Assembly: GCA_036172245.1 (NCBI GenBank)
Contig: JAYWIR010000048.1
Location: forward strand, 682,001 to 746,000
Origin: Raillietiella orientalis
Taxonomy: Eukaryota
Reading direction: 5' to 3'
DNA length: 64,000 bases
Position 1 is the first letter of the stretch. Each line of letters starts with the position of its first letter. Positions 60,380-64,000 of this stretch are shown here, piece after piece. The position numbers and the translations under genes were made by a program. The notes under the pieces are model-generated. The model was given only the letters and a program-made list of their open reading frames with translations. It ran no database searches and was not told where the DNA came from.

Positions 60380-61010
60380 CGCGTGGGCACTGGGTGTCTC
60401 TGACTCAGTTGACCGAATTGCCACCGACACACCAATCGGGTCGCACCTGAAACAGAGCACAAGGTCACCCATCCTCATTGACTGTTGGCAACTGTCGTTT
60501 CTCTCCCATATGGAGAAGAGGGCTGCTGCGGCTCGAACCCGTCTCTTTCCATTTTCTCCAAGAAAGCTACTGCCAGGCTGAGAATTGGGCCGTACGTCCA
60601 GGGAGCTGCTGCCAGGTTGTGGATGGGGCGTATCAACCCTGCGGCAGTGCGCGTGATGCGGATCCAGGCTCGCACTGATTCCCAGGCAGCCGCCAGAACA
60701 CCTCGGGATTGGGCTCTCGAAAGGAGTCAATGCCGCTTCCAGCTGTCTGACATTCATCCTGAACTGGAGCCGTGGCTCCATCTTCTCTGACGTCAAGATG
60801 CGGAGTCCTGCATGTCTTCGTGGGACAACGAGATCCTCAGTGGGAGTCTTCGGCCTTGCTTCACCCCAGAGTGATTTTCCCATGCGTCTCTTTGCTCGCT
60901 TCTCACCTCGTATGGCGCTGGCGACACAATAGGCGCAAAAGAGACGTTCCAAAGCAATACATGCCATCTTGGAACAGAAGCCAGCGCTATTATCCAAGTG
61001 CACGCGCCAT
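60380..61010 (-). repeat. Chimeric dispersed repeat, copy B (Tx1 thumb plus sequence shared with 12880-13520)
   Basis: 'KSLWGEARPK..DLVVPRRHAGLRILTSEKMEPRLQFR', then the same non-Tx1 continuation as copy A. Confidence 0.75.
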
Positions 61011-61099
61011 GAGGTCTCGATGGGTACCTTGACCCTTCCACGGAAGTGGAGGCTGCGAACGAAGACCCTGTGAAAGTATGGTATTTAGAATTGGCAGTT

Positions 61100-61480
61100 T
61101 CGCAGTGCACCGAGCTCAGCCTGATGTTCCACAGATGCACTCGGAAACCTGGGGGAAAATATAGGGGCTGCAGTGCAGCAATGCTCTCAACATGTAACGA
61201 GAAGTCTCTTCGTCGCCACTTTGGCAAGGAAAGTGGTTTCTACTGTGGATGCTGTCCAACGCTAGCACTCCTGGCAAACCTCAGTGAACAGCCTTCCTGC
61301 TACCGCAGCTACCGTTCGAGGAACTGCAAGAGAGACACAGTCAGATCGCTCGTGCCAACGCGATGCCGTATGGGATGAAACATTGCCTCGCGTCCTAAAC
61401 CACACTGCTGCTTGGGGCATTGACCCATGCATGCAGCTTGGCGCGACGCCATCGTCGAGACGATCCACTCTGTCTTGTCT
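61100..61480 (+). mobile_element. Utopia/NeSL-like CCHC fragment
   Basis: 'NSLP..DRSCQRDAVWDETLPRVLNH' and 'RDAIVE' resemble ARLNxLP..CRRCG..ETLPHVLNHC..RHxAIV. Confidence 0.6.
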
Positions 61481-62235
61481 ATGTGTAAGCGCTGGCCGGT
61501 CATTCCGGTAACGAACTCTATACCACTCCCTCATGAAGACCCTCGATGTCTTGCCCCACTACAGTCACAGCACATCCGTTTTCCTCTTTGATGTGGTGCA
61601 CAGTGACAGATGAGAATTCTATAACTTGAGTAGTAGGAGAGGAACTTCGCAGCAAAAGATCGGCGAGTCTCCGGTGCATAGGCCCCACTTGGTCCAGAGC
61701 TGGTCCTAAGCAAAGGCAAGAAAAAGGCGCAGCAAGGATCTGCAGGGACCGCCGAGGGGAAGGTGGGAAGATGATTGCGGAGGACATCACTCGCCCGCCT
61801 GAGAATGGAGAAGGAGCGGTTGACATGGCTGACGCACGGCCACCTAGGTCACGCGAAAGGGCTCACGAGCCAAAGTGGACGCACTGGTCAAAGTCCACAG
61901 AATCATGGGGTACCTGCAAGAAAAAAGAACGCAGCTATTGGAGGAAGAGACAACCCCAGACCATACGTGCACGACACTAGTGGTTACTACCTGTATCCGC
62001 TGCAGTATGTGATCTGTTATCGAATCCACGGGCCAAGATTCCTACCAAACGATGCCAAGAGCAGCATCCAGCTTCGTCTCATTCTGTCTTGTCTCTGTGT
62101 GAGTGCTGTCCACCTACGGCCGGCCATTCAGGCAACAAACTGTGTCCCACTCCATCAAGAAGACCGTCGATGACTTGACCCACTGCAATCATAACGCAGC
62201 CGTGTCCCTTTTCGATGTGAGGTACAGTTACAAGA
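61468..62235 (+). repeat. Diverged ~150-bp direct repeat pair (61468-61610, 62083-62235), possibly RLE-LINE N-terminal zinc-finger region
   Basis: Shared 'tctgtcttgtctNtgtgt..ggccggYcattc..ccactcc..gaagacc.tcgatg.cttg.cccact..gatgtg'; nearby 'YLYPLQYVIC', 'PFRCEV', 'NKPHWI'. Confidence 0.6.
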
Positions 62236-62299
62236 AGAACAAGCCTCACTGGATCAGGGACTAAGTGGTCCCAACAGCGCCCAATACGGTAGAGTAGGT

Positions 62300-63066
62300 T
62301 GGTTTACTAAGTGCTGAAGAAGTTTTCACCTCCTTAGAGGAGGGCTCTATGACGCTGCTCACATCACCCAAGGGTGTGTGTGACTCTTAGAAAGTTAGAA
62401 GGCAACCCGGAGGGATAGACCCATGTATCTAAAAAGGCTCTGGGGTAAGGAGTCCGTTAAATTTACGCTTGGGAAGGAACCCCAAAGGGAACCTCTTTCT
62501 TATTCTCTCCAGAGTGACTCCCTGAAGGATGTCACTCCATTATTTATCCCGAAAACTGGGAAAGGATCCGCTCCTAGAATTCCTTCTGAGGAGGGCACCA
62601 GCTAGGGAACCATTCCTTGTTCTTCATCTGAAGAGAATTACAGAGGAGCGCTTCTGAGTTTCTCTGAAGGGCGTTCCCTGAAAGGAACAGCTCACCTCTT
62701 GACACTCTGGAGAGGCATCAGGCAGCTCCATGGTACGCAATGGGAGGTTGGGAGATCCCCCTTCGATGGAGGGTAGCTCCCTTCTCCCAGCCGCAGGGGA
62801 ACACTGAAGGAAACCGTTCCCTTGATTTCCGGAAGCATCCCGAAAGGTGGACTTTCAGTCCCGGCCGGTCAACGGAGGTCATCCGGCTTCCACGAGTGCC
62901 GCAGCCGAAGCCAACCGAGGTCAACCAGCGTCAACTTGCGGGGAACTCAAAACCCGAGGCTCACCATTTGTCAGCGTAGATCCTTCCCCGGGTGGGATTC
63001 GAACAGACAACGTTTGGAACTGCACGCGCGGAGGCTGCAGCCACATGAAGGCCAACGCGGGCCACA
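62300..63066 (-). mobile_element. Long tRNA-derived SINE-like element, copy 8
   Basis: Reverse complement reads 'tggcccgcgttggcc..gttcgaatcccacccggggaaggat..gcggcactcgtggaagccgg..ggaaatcaaggg..ttcttcagcacttag'. Confidence 0.75.
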
Positions 63067-63069
63067 GTG

Positions 63070-63470
63070 AGGTTGAATTCTTCCCTCAGCCCAGCGTGTT
63101 GCTCTCTGGTCAGTGTGGGACGTCTTGCAAAGACCATCCTGTTCCCTAGAGACAACTCCAGCGACGTTTTGAAGTGCTTCTTCGCGGTCAACCCCAGCGT
63201 GAGGCCTTTGGTCGAGTCGATCGCATCTCTGCTGAGTCTGTGGCTTAGCCTGATGCAAGGATGGGGTTCGGAAAGCGCGGCCATCCACTTGATGACTTCC
63301 TTCCTAAGTAACTCGACGCAGGATGCTCTATGTAGTGGATCCGAGGTTAAAACTTTTCGGGACGCTGCATCGGGTGCAGGAGACTTCAGGAGATTTGCGG
63401 AGACGCTCCCCCATTACCCTATTTTGCTCACCTATTTTTTTGTTTGCTATGTTTGGTGCTCCTCCTTTCC
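63070..63470 (+). mobile_element. Decayed Tx1-like 3' fragment
   Basis: 'SDVLKCFF..SIASLL..GW..SAAIHL' parallels the family C-terminus, followed by a T-rich tract. Confidence 0.45.
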
Positions 63471-64000
63471 ATTCTAGGCGGACCACGCTGACAAACCAGA
63501 GGACTTCCCTGGCCCGTTCGTCCTGAATTTGCCAGAATTCCATAGGGCGTGGGGTCCATAGGTCCCAAAAACTGACCTTCTTGGAGAGAGGGGGATCCGT
63601 GAGACCCCTGCACAAAAGAAGGCAAGCGGGATCCAGAGGCTGAATGTGCCGCTGGATCTTGGGGGAAACTTCGGATGCGGAAACAAGGAGATTCCATAAA
63701 AAGACTTCAAGGCGCCTGGAATCGGGAGAGGTTTCGCTGCGGAATTCCAAAGAGGTCCTCGATGGGATGCTGGCAGCGGGACAAGATCATTTGGTCCAGC
63801 TTGTGCGCGACCTTATGTCGACCTGGACGCTCTGATCAATTCGATCCGGCATCCGAGGAGGGAACGAGAGAAGTCCCAGTTGTGCCACAGGGTCGCTTAA
63901 CCCTCGGGGGGGCTGCGGGAAATTTCATTTCCTGGAAAGAAACTTCTTCCGGGATCTACGCCTCTCCCGGCGACTGCCTCGTCTTCCGGACGGGTTCTGA

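Overview
This window is eukaryotic, repeat-saturated DNA. The transposon and pseudogene content suggests an invertebrate, probably an arthropod (inference only). I find no intact host protein-coding gene, rRNA, genuine tRNA or CRISPR array. The content is: (1) about 15 fragments of a Tx1/L1-clade non-LTR retrotransposon family. The best copy (45003-46889) is a 5'-truncated RT plus CCHC frame with two internal stops and an 11-bp target-site duplication (TSD). (2) About 8 diverged copies of an unusually long (~750-850 bp) tRNA-headed SINE-like element whose body is built from palindromic GGGTTCCC/GGATCC sub-repeats. (3) Decayed relics of RTE, Utopia/NeSL-like and CRE-like restriction-endonuclease (RLE) LINEs, DIRS, Gypsy, PIF/Harbinger and piggyBac elements. 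(4) Apparent pseudogenes of a tyrosine kinase, one or two gustatory receptors and an LRR protein. The most notable observation is that two differently truncated Tx1-like copies sit antisense at the same nucleotide of the long SINE, each with its own TSD, suggesting a LINE that prefers a site in a SINE. All family calls come from motif recognition by eye, boundaries of decayed relics are approximate, and no database search was run.
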